Shown piece after piece: positions 20,360 through 29,358 of a DNA stretch of 64,000 nt. Each line of letters opens with the position of its first letter. Position 1 is the stretch's first letter. A model generated the notes under the pieces. The model saw only the letters and a program-made list of their open reading frames with translations, searched no databases and was not told where the DNA came from. Source of the stretch: a virus; the IMG/VR virus record IMGVR_UViG_3300011268_000517, positions 22,558-86,557 of that record; one strand, given 5' to 3'. The translations under genes were made by a program, and so were the position numbers.

Positions 20360-22039
20360 ATGCCTAAAAGAACCAGTAACAGTTCAGTTAATTCTAGCAT
20401 CCGTCAGCAGACTAAGTCTAATGAGGAGGGCTTGGGCAATCTGCTTGAACTGCAGAAAGCGTCATTGGGTGAGTTGTCTTCTATTAGACAGCTGCTACAG
20501 TTGTCCAGAGAATACCAGAAGAACCAGCAGGTTTCCTCTGGTAATGCCGACGTAGTGAAACTTCAGATGGATATGATGCAGACTATGAAAGAGCACGCAT
20601 CGTCCAGTAAAAGATACTACAAAACATCTGAAGATCACTTTAAAAAAGATCAGGCTTCTTGGGACAATGAGGCTAAGAAATTAGCTGAGTTGTCTAAAAC
20701 AATGAATACGACTGGAAACATCTTCCAAGAAATGCGTAAGAGTTCCAAAGAAAGAACTAAAAGCGCTGTGGAAAGCGTCAAAGACGGTGGTCTAAAACGA
20801 TCTGTTATGGGTGCTCTGAACGTTGGTGGTATATTCAATAAATCTATCGCTAAATCTGAATGGATGTCTCAGCAAAAAGCTATGGGATTCAAACCCACTA
20901 AAGATGATGCTGAGGGTGCATATAAAGCATCCAAGGATATGAAAGCGCACGAAGCTGAAATCGCTAAGTTCCAAAAGAAAACTGGCATCACCAGCGAAGA
21001 TGAAATGCGTAGAACTCCAACTGGATCAAAACTACTGGATAAGCGTATCTCTCTTGGCGAGCAGATGACTAAGTTTGATATGGGTGCTCAGCGTTTCGAT
21101 CCAACAGTTAAGGGTATGGTAAACCCAGAAGCAGCAAACAAAACTCCATCTGGAATTGCTCCAGCGGTAGTGAACAAAACTCCAACAGCTTCTGCAGCCA
21201 AGGAAGCTCAGAGTGAGGAAGTCCAGTTAGAAGGAATGCGTTCTCAACAAGCAATGAGTGACGTTTTAAAGAAGATTGAAGAAAACACAAGAGCAGGTGT
21301 TGGAAAGGGTGGAGCCACCCCAGAAAAAGTTAAACCAGCAGAAGGTGGTGGCTTGTTAGATAGTATCTTTGGTTGGATTGGTGACAACTTTATGGGTATC
21401 ATCAAGAAGATCTTTAGCCCAAAGAATCTATTAAAGACTTTAGGTAAGGTGTTCGCTATCGGTGCGCTTATTGGTGCAATCTGGGAAGGTCTTACTGACG
21501 GTTTTGATGAGTTTATGAAGACTGGTGATATTGGTAAAGCGATTGTAGCAGGTCTGGCAGGTATCGTAGACTTCTTGACATTTGGTCTATTCGACAAAGA
21601 AAAGATCAAAGAAGTTATCGGTGATATGGCTACTTGGATTGATGACCATATCGTTAAACCAGTTTCTACGTTCTTCGGAGCCATGAAGGACAGCTTCTTG
21701 AGTTTGGTATCTAAGATTGGTATTCCTGAAATTGATATCAGTTCATTTACGAAGTATATCCCAAAGGCACCAGATAAAATTGGTCCATTCTATCCATTCG
21801 CTGATGCTGCACCAAAAGCAAAAACACCAGAAGCACCAGCACCTACGGCAGCAACAGCAGTTGAACAAAAGTCTGCTGATAATGCGGCTGCTGCAGTTCC
21901 AGAATCTGGTGGTGGTAATAAGACTAGTGTTGTTAATGCACCAGTCACCAACAACACTACGCAGAATCAGATTATTCGTGCACCAATTCGTAATCAAGAC
22001 TCATCTGCTGGGTCTTATATGCGAGGCAGATACGCATAA
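20360..22039 (+). CDS. Probable gp29-like hub / tape-measure protein
   Basis: Helical protein with hydrophobic Gly-rich segments, following gp26/gp51. Confidence 0.45.
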   Translation: MPKRTSNSSVNSSIRQQTKSNEEGLGNLLELQKASLGELSSIRQLLQLSREYQKNQQVSSGNADVVKLQMDMMQTMKEHASSSKRYYKTSEDHFKKDQASWDNEAKKLAELSKTMNTTGNIFQEMRKSSKERTKSAVESVKDGGLKRSVMGALNVGGIFNKSIAKSEWMSQQKAMGFKPTKDDAEGAYKASKDMKAHEAEIAKFQKKTGITSEDEMRRTPTGSKLLDKRISLGEQMTKFDMGAQRFDPTVKGMVNPEAANKTPSGIAPAVVNKTPTASAAKEAQSEEVQLEGMRSQQAMSDVLKKIEENTRAGVGKGGATPEKVKPAEGGGLLDSIFGWIGDNFMGIIKKIFSPKNLLKTLGKVFAIGALIGAIWEGLTDGFDEFMKTGDIGKAIVAGLAGIVDFLTFGLFDKEKIKEVIGDMATWIDDHIVKPVSTFFGAMKDSFLSLVSKIGIPEIDISSFTKYIPKAPDKIGPFYPFADAAPKAKTPEAPAPTAATAVEQKSADNAAAAVPESGGGNKTSVVNAPVTNNTTQNQIIRAPIRNQDSSAGSYMRGRYA

Positions 22040-22040
22040 G

Positions 22041-22068
22041 AAAGGGGGCTTAAAGCCCCCTTATTTTT
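22041..22068. terminator. Bidirectional intrinsic terminator between convergent operons
   Basis: AAGAAAGGGGGC-TTAAA-GCCCCCTTATTTTT hairpin between the + strand gp29-like gene and - strand gp32. Confidence 0.75.
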
Positions 22069-22981
22069 AGTCTTCCTTAGCGATCTTCTGGAAGTAAGAC
22101 AACACATCATCATCGTCATCATTGCTAACTGCTTTAGGAGCAGGAGCAGGTTTTGACTTGATAGATGGTGCTGGCGCAGCTGCAGGTTCGTCGTCTTCGT
22201 CTACCATTTGAGCAGCAGACTTGGCAACATAGCTGTCACCAGACAAAACATCATTCAGCTTCTTCTTCAGTTCATCGTAAGACTTGAAGTTTTTACGATC
22301 CAAGAATTCAGACAATTTGTGTTGAGCATTTGCAATACTCAACAGACGATCTTCATCGTCAGTGATAACAGAAGGTTCCATGAACGCAGATTCGTCATAG
22401 TTTGCATAACCATCCTTCTTGCGCATACGCAGCTTGAAGTTAGCACCTTCCCAGAAATCAAAAACGTTCACTGGCTTTTCGTCTTCGAAAGTAGGACGAG
22501 CCTTGTCCATAATCTTGTCAAAAATCTTCTTACCGAATTTGAACAAGAATACTTTACCTTCGTTCTCAGGATGCTTGGGATCAGAAACAACTAGAATGTT
22601 GCAGATGAACGCCAGCTTACGCTTTTGTTTACGTGCAATTTCTTTGTTGGCTTCAGAACCAGAGTTCCACAGCTGAGTGTTCAGTTCACCGACAGGGTCA
22701 TTCTCACCAAGAGTGGTTAGAGAATTCTCGATGTACCATTTACCAGTTGGACCTTGGAAACCGTGCGAAAAGATACGAACCCATGGGAGTTCATCACCTT
22801 CAACACGTGGGAGGAAACGAATCGTTGCAGTGCCGTTGCCAGCCTTGTCACCTTCAAGACGCCACATGCGGTCGTCGTTGTATGACTTAGATTCGGTTTG
22901 TGGATTTGCGATTTTCTCGAATGCGTTAGCGATGCTACCGAAGTCAGAGTTGCGCATTTTACGGAGTGTTTGGATATCCAT
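22067..22981 (-). CDS. gp32: Single-stranded DNA-binding protein gp32
   Basis: DK.GNG.A.IRFLP, HGFQGPTGKWYIENS.TT, GKVFLFKFGKKIFDKI, acidic C-terminal tail. Confidence 0.96.
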   Translation of the reverse strand: MDIQTLRKMRNSDFGSIANAFEKIANPQTESKSYNDDRMWRLEGDKAGNGTATIRFLPRVEGDELPWVRIFSHGFQGPTGKWYIENSLTTLGENDPVGELNTQLWNSGSEANKEIARKQKRKLAFICNILVVSDPKHPENEGKVFLFKFGKKIFDKIMDKARPTFEDEKPVNVFDFWEGANFKLRMRKKDGYANYDESAFMEPSVITDDEDRLLSIANAQHKLSEFLDRKNFKSYDELKKKLNDVLSGDSYVAKSAAQMVDEDDEPAAAPAPSIKSKPAPAPKAVSNDDDDDVLSYFQKIAKED

Positions 22982-22998
22982 TTGTATTTCCTTTATAT

Positions 22999-23226
22999 TT
23001 ACGGAGTATTGTTACGTTGTATAGTGATCTCATCATCTAATTCAAACTCGTCATCAAACGCATCGTCGTTCAAATCGTAGTCATCATAATCTTCTTCAAC
23101 ATAACTATTTAGCGTTCTCATTCCGCCATTCTTTCGATTATTCGAATGTTTAGCAGGTTTCCCCGAACGGCTAGAGGGATTATCATCGTCGAAACGACGA
23201 GAATTCTTTTGATAGGTCTTGCCCAT
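22999..23226 (-). CDS. Hypothetical protein (basic N-terminus, acidic C-terminus)
   Basis: ORF in operon position between gp59 and gp32. Confidence 0.55.
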   Translation of the reverse strand: MGKTYQKNSRRFDDDNPSSRSGKPAKHSNNRKNGGMRTLNSYVEEDYDDYDLNDDAFDDEFELDDEITIQRNNTP

Positions 23227-23231
23227 GATAA

Positions 23232-23834
23232 TTAAATTGTAATTTCTTCTAAAAAGTGCTTGAAGATTTTTTCGATTTTTATTTTATCGTATTTAACGAA
23301 CCCAGTCAACTTTTTTATTCGTAAAAGTTCTTTTGACCACATGTACTTAACAGAATTGTGTTGTGACCAAGAGTCTAAAAATGGGTGAATGTCGTCAATA
23401 ATTCTAAGTGTTTCTATCGTAATTTTACTGCCCATATACAATTGCATAAGTGCAGGGTACTTATCATTCTCGAATGTAAATACAGTTGTTTTATTTGTAT
23501 CAATGAAATTTAGTATGTTCGCTAAGTCGTCAATAAAAACCTGCGTTATACTTTGTTTCCTTTTGTTCCATAATAGAAAGTTATCAGCAGCTTCCTTGCC
23601 TTCATAAATTGCGTTATCACTACCATACGCAAAATTTGCAACAAAGAACTGAATAATCTCTCTATCAGTTTCGTGTTTGCTTGCTAACTTCTCGAATATG
23701 TATCTGTCATTTCTGGCATTAAATGTATCACGTGTTCCTTTAACATTTCCTCGATTTTCGAAAACGTTAAACTTTTCGGTGGTGAAGTGTAATTTAATTG
23801 CAAGGTAATAACGATATGCTTTAAACCCGTCCAC
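23232..23834 (-). CDS. gp59: Helicase loader gp59
   Basis: AY..YLAIKLHFT, F..RND.Y.FEKLA, ETL.I.D; synteny with gp32/gp33. Confidence 0.85.
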   Translation of the reverse strand: MDGFKAYRYYLAIKLHFTTEKFNVFENRGNVKGTRDTFNARNDRYIFEKLASKHETDREIIQFFVANFAYGSDNAIYEGKEAADNFLLWNKRKQSITQVFIDDLANILNFIDTNKTTVFTFENDKYPALMQLYMGSKITIETLRIIDDIHPFLDSWSQHNSVKYMWSKELLRIKKLTGFVKYDKIKIEKIFKHFLEEITI

Positions 23835-24001
23835 TTCGTGCTTTCCTACATTCTTCTTTCATCTTTGGAGAAAAGTCTGGAGATATTTCCGACCAAGTAC
23901 AGTCAATTCGAATAGTTCTACTTTCTTGTTTAGCAACAACATAAAAAAGAGAACCCATCATAATAATGTAAAATATGACTGGTACGATTAACCAAAAATT
24001 C

Positions 24002-24217
24002 TTAGACATCCAATTTCGCTTGTTTCGGTAAGTAATTAGCCTCACGGAAATCCATTTCAAGTTTATCTTTCAACGACTTGTTGATAAGAGAAGAAACGTC
24101 CTCTGGTTCAAGATAATTTTCTTTACAATAATGTAACACTGCATCCATATAACTCAATCGTTTTTCTTTAACGATACTTTCAATGTGTAGTGAAAATTCA
24201 TTCGCTGTTTTAAACAT
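24002..24217 (-). CDS. gp33: Late transcription coactivator gp33
   Basis: IE.IV.E...SYMDAVL.YC.EN..E...V..LI.KSLK.K motif. Confidence 0.88.
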   Translation of the reverse strand: MFKTANEFSLHIESIVKEKRLSYMDAVLHYCKENYLEPEDVSSLINKSLKDKLEMDFREANYLPKQAKLDV

Positions 24218-24813
24218 TAGCTTCCTTTTTGATCCAATATTCTACGTTGCGAATCTCTTGGTTCAGTTTGCAATACTCTGCGTGCTTTTGTCGATAAAGT
24301 TTCCAAATAGGGGTATTTGGCTTTTCAGGATCCATCTTGCGTTCAAATTTGTCTAAGAACATAGTGAAGAATTTATCCATCTTCATTCGTTCCGAGAAGA
24401 GAGAGTTGCGTTTTTCAAAAAGAGTCATAGTATTAGTATACATCATTTATTTTCACAAGACAAGTTAATCAAATTACCACCGTAGAAAGCTACATCCATT
24501 ACAAGTGCTTCATTCTCGGATTCCAACTTCTGAATTCGTTGTTTTAGATTTTCAATCTCTTGATTAAATTTGGTCATTGTGACTTCCAGTTGAGCTTCTT
24601 TCTCGACGCATTTAGAACAAAACTCACTCATTTAATCCTCGCAATCAATTCTTTCGCATCTTTATATTCTGAATATTCTAGTAATTTCTCAACAACATCA
24701 ACTCCAGGTTCATAAAGACTAGCCAATTGTCGTGGTGACAATTCAATAAGTCCAGCATCTTTGGGTAACGTGTATGTATAACTAACGCTACCATAATACT
24801 TTTTAGGTTCCAT
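24210..24813 (-). CDS. Three small overlapping hypothetical ORFs (24210-24446, 24443-24631, 24628-24813)
   Basis: Translationally coupled ATGA-type overlaps. Confidence 0.5.
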
Positions 24814-25160
24814 TATCCTCTCCTCATAGTTGCAATTTCAATTGCTTGTTCATCAGTAAAAATAGGTACAGCATTGGACTTATGCATAGTTCCAATACCC
24901 TTAATTGCAGTACCAGTATACACCTTATCAGGGGCTTTGGTGCAAGGACCAGCCGTGAATGGAAGACTTGGAATCTTAGGCGTCTCACGACGAGCAGATG
25001 CACCAAGTGAGTATGACCAACCCGCATCCTTAGTTTTAGCTATAGGTTTCTTGGGCTCATACTTCTTAAGCATTTTCTCCCAATCTGATTGCAACTCACG
25101 TTGCTTTGCATTGGGTTTACGTTTTTTCTTAGAACGAGTGGAGGTGTGTAAGATCTGCAT
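24813..25160 (-). CDS. Conserved T4-like phage hypothetical protein
   Basis: C-terminal KGIGTMHKSNAVPIF motif; own sigma70 promoter upstream. Confidence 0.6.
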   Translation of the reverse strand: MQILHTSTRSKKKRKPNAKQRELQSDWEKMLKKYEPKKPIAKTKDAGWSYSLGASARRETPKIPSLPFTAGPCTKAPDKVYTGTAIKGIGTMHKSNAVPIFTDEQAIEIATMRRG

Positions 25161-25236
25161 AGAACTTTATTATACATCAAAATAGAGAAAAAGTCAACAC
25201 CCTAAAAAAGAAACCCCACTCTGGGTGGGGTCTTTC

Positions 25237-25491
25237 TTAACGCTTCTGGTTCACAGCGTAAGCGATACAGAGATTCGAGGAATTACTCTCGTAAGCGCAT
25301 TTAACTGCAATCGGGTCAATACCCTTTACAATAGCACTTTCAATATTTCTCTCCATTGACTTAATAGAAAGTTGATTATGGTATGTAATAGCACCAACAA
25401 TTGCAAGCAGAGAAATAGTCACCGAAATAATAAAAATGTTTTCAGATTTCAAAATAAATTCCTTTAGTTTAGGCAAGATCTTTAACATCAT
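25237..25491 (-). CDS. Hypothetical membrane protein
   Basis: Single hydrophobic helix. Confidence 0.5.
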   Translation of the reverse strand: MMLKILPKLKEFILKSENIFIISVTISLLAIVGAITYHNQLSIKSMERNIESAIVKGIDPIAVKCAYESNSSNLCIAYAVNQKR

Positions 25492-26026
25492 CGCACAATC
25501 CTAATTTTTTAGCTTCTTGTGGGCTCAACCAAACATCCTGTGGTGGAAGCAGAATTTCTCTAATCTTAGCCTCAGAAAGACCAGTAGATTTTTTATAATG
25601 CTGGATCATTTTCTTGGTAGTAAGATCAAACTCTTTCACTGTAGCAAAAAGTTCGTGTTCTTTACCAATCGCACCCCAAGAATATTGGTGTGATAGGATA
25701 GAAGTATTTGGTGTAAGAATACGCATACCTTTATCGCCAGCAATGAAAATCATTAGACCAGCAGAAGCAATTTGCCCAAGACCGATTGTACGAATTGGGA
25801 TAGCTGATCCACGCATAACGTCAATCAAAGCGAACGCTGCATTTAAATCACCACCTGGAGATGTGATAATAAGATTGAGCATCTCTGGTCGTTCTTCAGC
25901 GAAGTTAGCTTCGAAAATCCATTCAACAGCAGTTTTAACTGACTGTAAACTAATTTCCTCCATTAACAGCATGAATGAATGGCGTGAAGATTCCTCTTTC
26001 AATTGGAGGTTTAGTTTGTTCATCAT
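25469..26026 (-). CDS. clpP: ClpP-family serine protease subunit
   Basis: ITSPGG, IRTIGLGQIASAG (catalytic Ser), ILSHQ (catalytic His). Confidence 0.9.
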   Translation of the reverse strand: MMNKLNLQLKEESSRHSFMLLMEEISLQSVKTAVEWIFEANFAEERPEMLNLIITSPGGDLNAAFALIDVMRGSAIPIRTIGLGQIASAGLMIFIAGDKGMRILTPNTSILSHQYSWGAIGKEHELFATVKEFDLTTKKMIQHYKKSTGLSEAKIREILLPPQDVWLSPQEAKKLGLCDDVKDLA

Positions 26027-26529
26027 ATACGATCCTTGTCTTTATAAAAAATATGTCTACCAATAACAGTAGTCTTTTGCAATTTCCATTGAGGGTTTAC
26101 ATAATCAGCATGGTAAAAAAGAGCACCACCTGTTATGTCAGGAATCTTTTCGTAGTTAACATATACGTGAATAGCAACATCTCTGGCTTTATCGTACAAT
26201 TCCCTAGCCTTGATTGTTACTGGAGTACAGAACCAAGAAAACTGACAAGTAGAGTTTACCTTTTGTTTCACTACAGAGCAAATATCTTTTGGAAATCTTG
26301 GGTCTTGAGTTCTGTTAAGTGTAACTAAAGCAACAGCAACCTTTCCATCATTAGATTCACCCTTTGCTTCGTGGTAAATGTTTGCTGCCAAACAATCTAT
26401 CTGTTTTTGTGTTTCTTTGGTTAATTGTGTGTATTTTATTTCTAATAACTTATCTGTTTGCTCTGTTATACCTAGTAACGTTACCAAACAAAAAGCTATT
26501 GCTATGAGAGGTATGTAAATACTTCGCAT
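26023..26529 (-). CDS. Cell wall hydrolase, SleB/Hydrolase_2 family
   Basis: CLA.NIYHEAKGE, VALVTLNR, CQFSW, YHADYV.P.W, IGRHIFY; N-terminal signal anchor. Confidence 0.88.
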   Translation of the reverse strand: MRSIYIPLIAIAFCLVTLLGITEQTDKLLEIKYTQLTKETQKQIDCLAANIYHEAKGESNDGKVAVALVTLNRTQDPRFPKDICSVVKQKVNSTCQFSWFCTPVTIKARELYDKARDVAIHVYVNYEKIPDITGGALFYHADYVNPQWKLQKTTVIGRHIFYKDKDRI

Positions 26530-26576
26530 ATTGATCTCCTTAAATTAGAAGGGTGCACGAATGCACCCAATCCCTA

Positions 26577-26855
26577 TCAGGTGGACTTTTTGCTAGTCTT
26601 TTCTATTGTAGTTTGTGGGATTTGTGATACGAAACTGTTTAGCTCTGCAGCCTTTTTAATAACTTCAGTTTCGCTTGGGAATGCTGGAAATCCAGGGTGT
26701 TCAGGAATGGCTTGCCCATTGATCTTAGCAAAGTCGCATTTAGATGCGTACTCATTGCTCACCTTTTCTCGCAGACCGTAGTAGTCTTGCTCCAACATTT
26801 CTTTTGCCATCTTGAGAAGTTCAAGACGGATTTCAAATGGCGTTAAGTTTGCCAT
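26577..26855 (-). CDS. Hypothetical protein
   Basis: ORF with strong SD (AAAGGAG). Confidence 0.6.
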   Translation of the reverse strand: MANLTPFEIRLELLKMAKEMLEQDYYGLREKVSNEYASKCDFAKINGQAIPEHPGFPAFPSETEVIKKAAELNSFVSQIPQTTIEKTSKKST

Positions 26856-26942
26856 AGTTTTTCTCCTTTGTGATGTGTGTAAAATAGCAGTTTCTTGCGG
26901 GGTGCTGCCAGACCCCCAATAGCCTCTAAGGGCAACTGTATA

Positions 26943-27146
26943 TTATTTAGCTTCTGGTTTTTTCTTCGGAGTAGGCTTGGTAGCAGAAGGTGGAGCTTTA
27001 GGTGCAGCTTCCTTCTTTGGTTCAGCCTTCTTAGCTGTGTCTTTCTTTGCAGCAGCTGCCATCTTCTCAGGAGTAGGTTGTTTTGCTGCTTGAGCCATAA
27101 CGCCAGTAGCAACAGTCAATGCTAAAATTGCGATAATTGATTTCAT
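26943..27146 (-). CDS. Secreted low-complexity Ala/Lys/Pro-rich peptide
   Basis: Signal peptide MKSIIAILALTVATGVMA followed by an A/K/P-rich tail. Confidence 0.6.
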   Translation of the reverse strand: MKSIIAILALTVATGVMAQAAKQPTPEKMAAAAKKDTAKKAEPKKEAAPKAPPSATKPTPKKKPEAK

Positions 27147-27164
27147 AGAAAATTTCCTTTGTTA

Positions 27165-27480
27165 AGTGGTGGTTATTCTGTTACGAGGAAACCACCGAAA
27201 CCCTAAGCAGTGTTTAGGCTGCTAATGCGAACAGTTCGTCGTTTGCGTTTACGTTTTTTGCTTCTTCGACCGAGTTTCCCCAATCCTACGGGTTTCACAT
27301 TCCCGTGCTGTCCACTCTGTTACTCTTTGCCCTGTCGAAACCATGGCATCCCCATCAAAAGTATATTGACGACATTTCTGGTCCAATTCCATGGTGTGGG
27401 ACCAATATACTTTTGGTGGAGATGGGGGGAGTCGAACCCCCGTCCAGAACACTTTTCTCTTTGCTTCATACAGCAATAAT
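27165..27480 (-). ncRNA. ssrA: Permuted (two-piece) tmRNA, tag ANDELFALAA*
   Basis: On minus strand: T-arm and acceptor GGGGGTTCGACTCCCCCCATCTCCACCA ending at 27414, then an intervening hairpin, then 5' piece GGGGATGCCATGGTTTCGAC from 27353, then tag ORF 27246-27214; acceptor stem has G3.U70. Outer ends approximate. Confidence 0.92.
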
Positions 27481-27510
27481 CATCTATTTAACAATTATAT
27501 CTTATTATCA

Positions 27511-28092
27511 TCACAAAAGCAAGTTTTTCATATCTTGCAAAGATTTTGTCTTAAAGTTGAAAAAAATACATGTTGAGATTGCACTTGTATAAAATTCTTT
27601 GTATGACGTAAAATCTACAATGTTCAATATGTTTCTATTTAGCTGCAAATTCTCAACTAACCTTAAGTCAGCTTTATTGGCGCTAGTGAGGATAGATGAT
27701 GTCCTGTGCTCTCGTAAATTAGAAGTTTTCGGTTCATATATTCGAAAAGAACACTCTGTATCAGAAAGATTCATAATCATCCCAGAGTTGTTTCTACCAA
27801 CTTCTTTTTTAACCGTGCTCGTATCTACAGAAGAAAACTGAACAACTCTGCAGACAATGTCGAATTTACCAAGATCAATGTTTTCAAATTTCTCTTTGAG
27901 AGAGTTATCAATTAAGGTTGGATCTAAGCAGCACCAGCTGGTGAATGTATTAGAGTCAGAATACATTTTCTGATAGTAGTAAGTCTTTGGGACAAGAACG
28001 CCATCAGAGTCATAATCAAAATACTTTGGGAAGTATTCCTGTGATAAGAAATCTGCTAGGTCTTTGTTATCATAAACAAATGACTTATACAT
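27511..28092 (-). CDS. Hypothetical protein
   Basis: 193-aa ORF in operon. Confidence 0.55.
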   Translation of the reverse strand: MYKSFVYDNKDLADFLSQEYFPKYFDYDSDGVLVPKTYYYQKMYSDSNTFTSWCCLDPTLIDNSLKEKFENIDLGKFDIVCRVVQFSSVDTSTVKKEVGRNNSGMIMNLSDTECSFRIYEPKTSNLREHRTSSILTSANKADLRLVENLQLNRNILNIVDFTSYKEFYTSAISTCIFFNFKTKSLQDMKNLLL

Positions 28093-28738
28093 TCTTCAAG
28101 TTCCTATAATCCATTCTTAATTTTTTGAATCCACCAATCCAATTGTCACGCTTTTCGATAAACCAACGAGGATCATCATTCTCAACTGCCATCAATATTG
28201 CAAGTCTTCCAATTGGAATCCCAGTGCGTTCTTCAAACGAAACCGCATAAGCTGCACACTGCATAAAATAGTGATAAATGTCATCACGGTCTTTTGGTTT
28301 GCTTGCTGTCTTAAAATCTATGACAGTAAGTTTACCTTGGAACTCTGCGATACAATCAACTGTTCCTGCAACTTGTAGGTGGTCAGAATATAGTGGAGTT
28401 TCCAAGCAGTGGATGTTGTCGATGTCGTCGAGTAAGAACTTGATTGAGTTAAACATTTCGAGATCGAAAATGTCTGCTTCGAATACGTTTCCTCGTAGGT
28501 AGTCTTCACAGTACTGATGGATTCTTGTTCCACGTGCTGATGCTCTACCTGAGACTCGGTTTGCTTCTTCTTCGCCAACCCGCAATCGCCACTTTCTAAT
28601 TCCTTCTGCGGTGGCTTGCCCCGTAATGGTTGTAACGCTTGGATAGCATCGACCCGATGGCGTCTTGTAGACTCTAGTGCCATCGGGGCTTGTGTCACGT
28701 TCCAATTTGGGGAAATCATGATGTATAAAAGTTTTCAT
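28085..28738 (-). CDS. PD-(D/E)XK exonuclease (Cas4/MGME1-like)
   Basis: YPSVTT, RGT.IH, LETPL...AGTVD...IDFKT...Q..AY motifs; start reassigned to MKTF. Confidence 0.85.
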   Translation of the reverse strand: MKTFIHHDFPKLERDTSPDGTRVYKTPSGRCYPSVTTITGQATAEGIRKWRLRVGEEEANRVSGRASARGTRIHQYCEDYLRGNVFEADIFDLEMFNSIKFLLDDIDNIHCLETPLYSDHLQVAGTVDCIAEFQGKLTVIDFKTASKPKDRDDIYHYFMQCAAYAVSFEERTGIPIGRLAILMAVENDDPRWFIEKRDNWIGGFKKLRMDYRNLKNV

Positions 28739-29358
28739 TAAGTTAGTTCGTGAATACACTCATTATAATGTTTAATTCGATCTTCAAGTCCAATGTAACC
28801 ACCATTGATCTTGCGAGTCATCGTCTTGATATCACCTGCGTCTGCTTCTTTGTTTAATCCGTTTTTGTTCCAGAACCAAATAGCAGACATCAATGCGAAA
28901 TCTTTATCATACGTCACCCAGTCTGGATTCTCAACTACGTTCTGCCAGTCTTCGAACATATCCTTAGCAAATGCCGTATAGTTCGATTTACCAGTTAACT
29001 GAATTGGTCCTCGTCCACGATATTTGTATCCATCACCAGATTCCTCTGGTCCATTACCCATACGGTTTCCATAGATACGATTCGCAATCTTTTGTGGTTG
29101 ACGTTGGTAAGCTAAAGCTAACTCATCGTTAGGGAAATACTTACCGAAAATTTTTCTCAATCCTTGCGCTGAATAGTTAAGGTTTTCTTCAAACGTAGTC
29201 CAACCACCAGATTCGTGACCACATTGAGCTAAGAAAGCCGCAACACGTTGTGGCGTGTTAATCTCGTATGTTGGGAATACATTTGCCATTGCCTCTGCCC
29301 AAACAGCTGGCTCAGGATTACGTGGGAATAGTTTGTGAAATTGCTCCGCTGTTATCAT
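28738..29358 (-). CDS. GH19 chitinase-like endolysin
   Basis: AAFLAQCGHESGG..EENLNYS, YRGRGPIQLTGKSNY, SAIWFW, INGG..GL.DR. Confidence 0.9.
   Translation of the reverse strand: MITAEQFHKLFPRNPEPAVWAEAMANVFPTYEINTPQRVAAFLAQCGHESGGWTTFEENLNYSAQGLRKIFGKYFPNDELALAYQRQPQKIANRIYGNRMGNGPEESGDGYKYRGRGPIQLTGKSNYTAFAKDMFEDWQNVVENPDWVTYDKDFALMSAIWFWNKNGLNKEADAGDIKTMTRKINGGYIGLEDRIKHYNECIHELT

Noticed and set aside
129-22890. Many ORF-track entries antisense to or nested in structural genes (e.g. 2934-3257, 5162-5452, 11376-11903, 21244-21684, 22208-22594)
   Set aside because: Shadow ORFs of conserved genes; no SD and no recognisable motifs.
27210-27592. ORFs 27210-27479, 27249-27476, 27305-27592
   Set aside because: They overlap the tmRNA, which explains the sequence.
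28085-28738. Cas4 / CRISPR adaptation gene
   Set aside because: No Fe-S Cys cluster and no cas context; a standard T4-like exonuclease.
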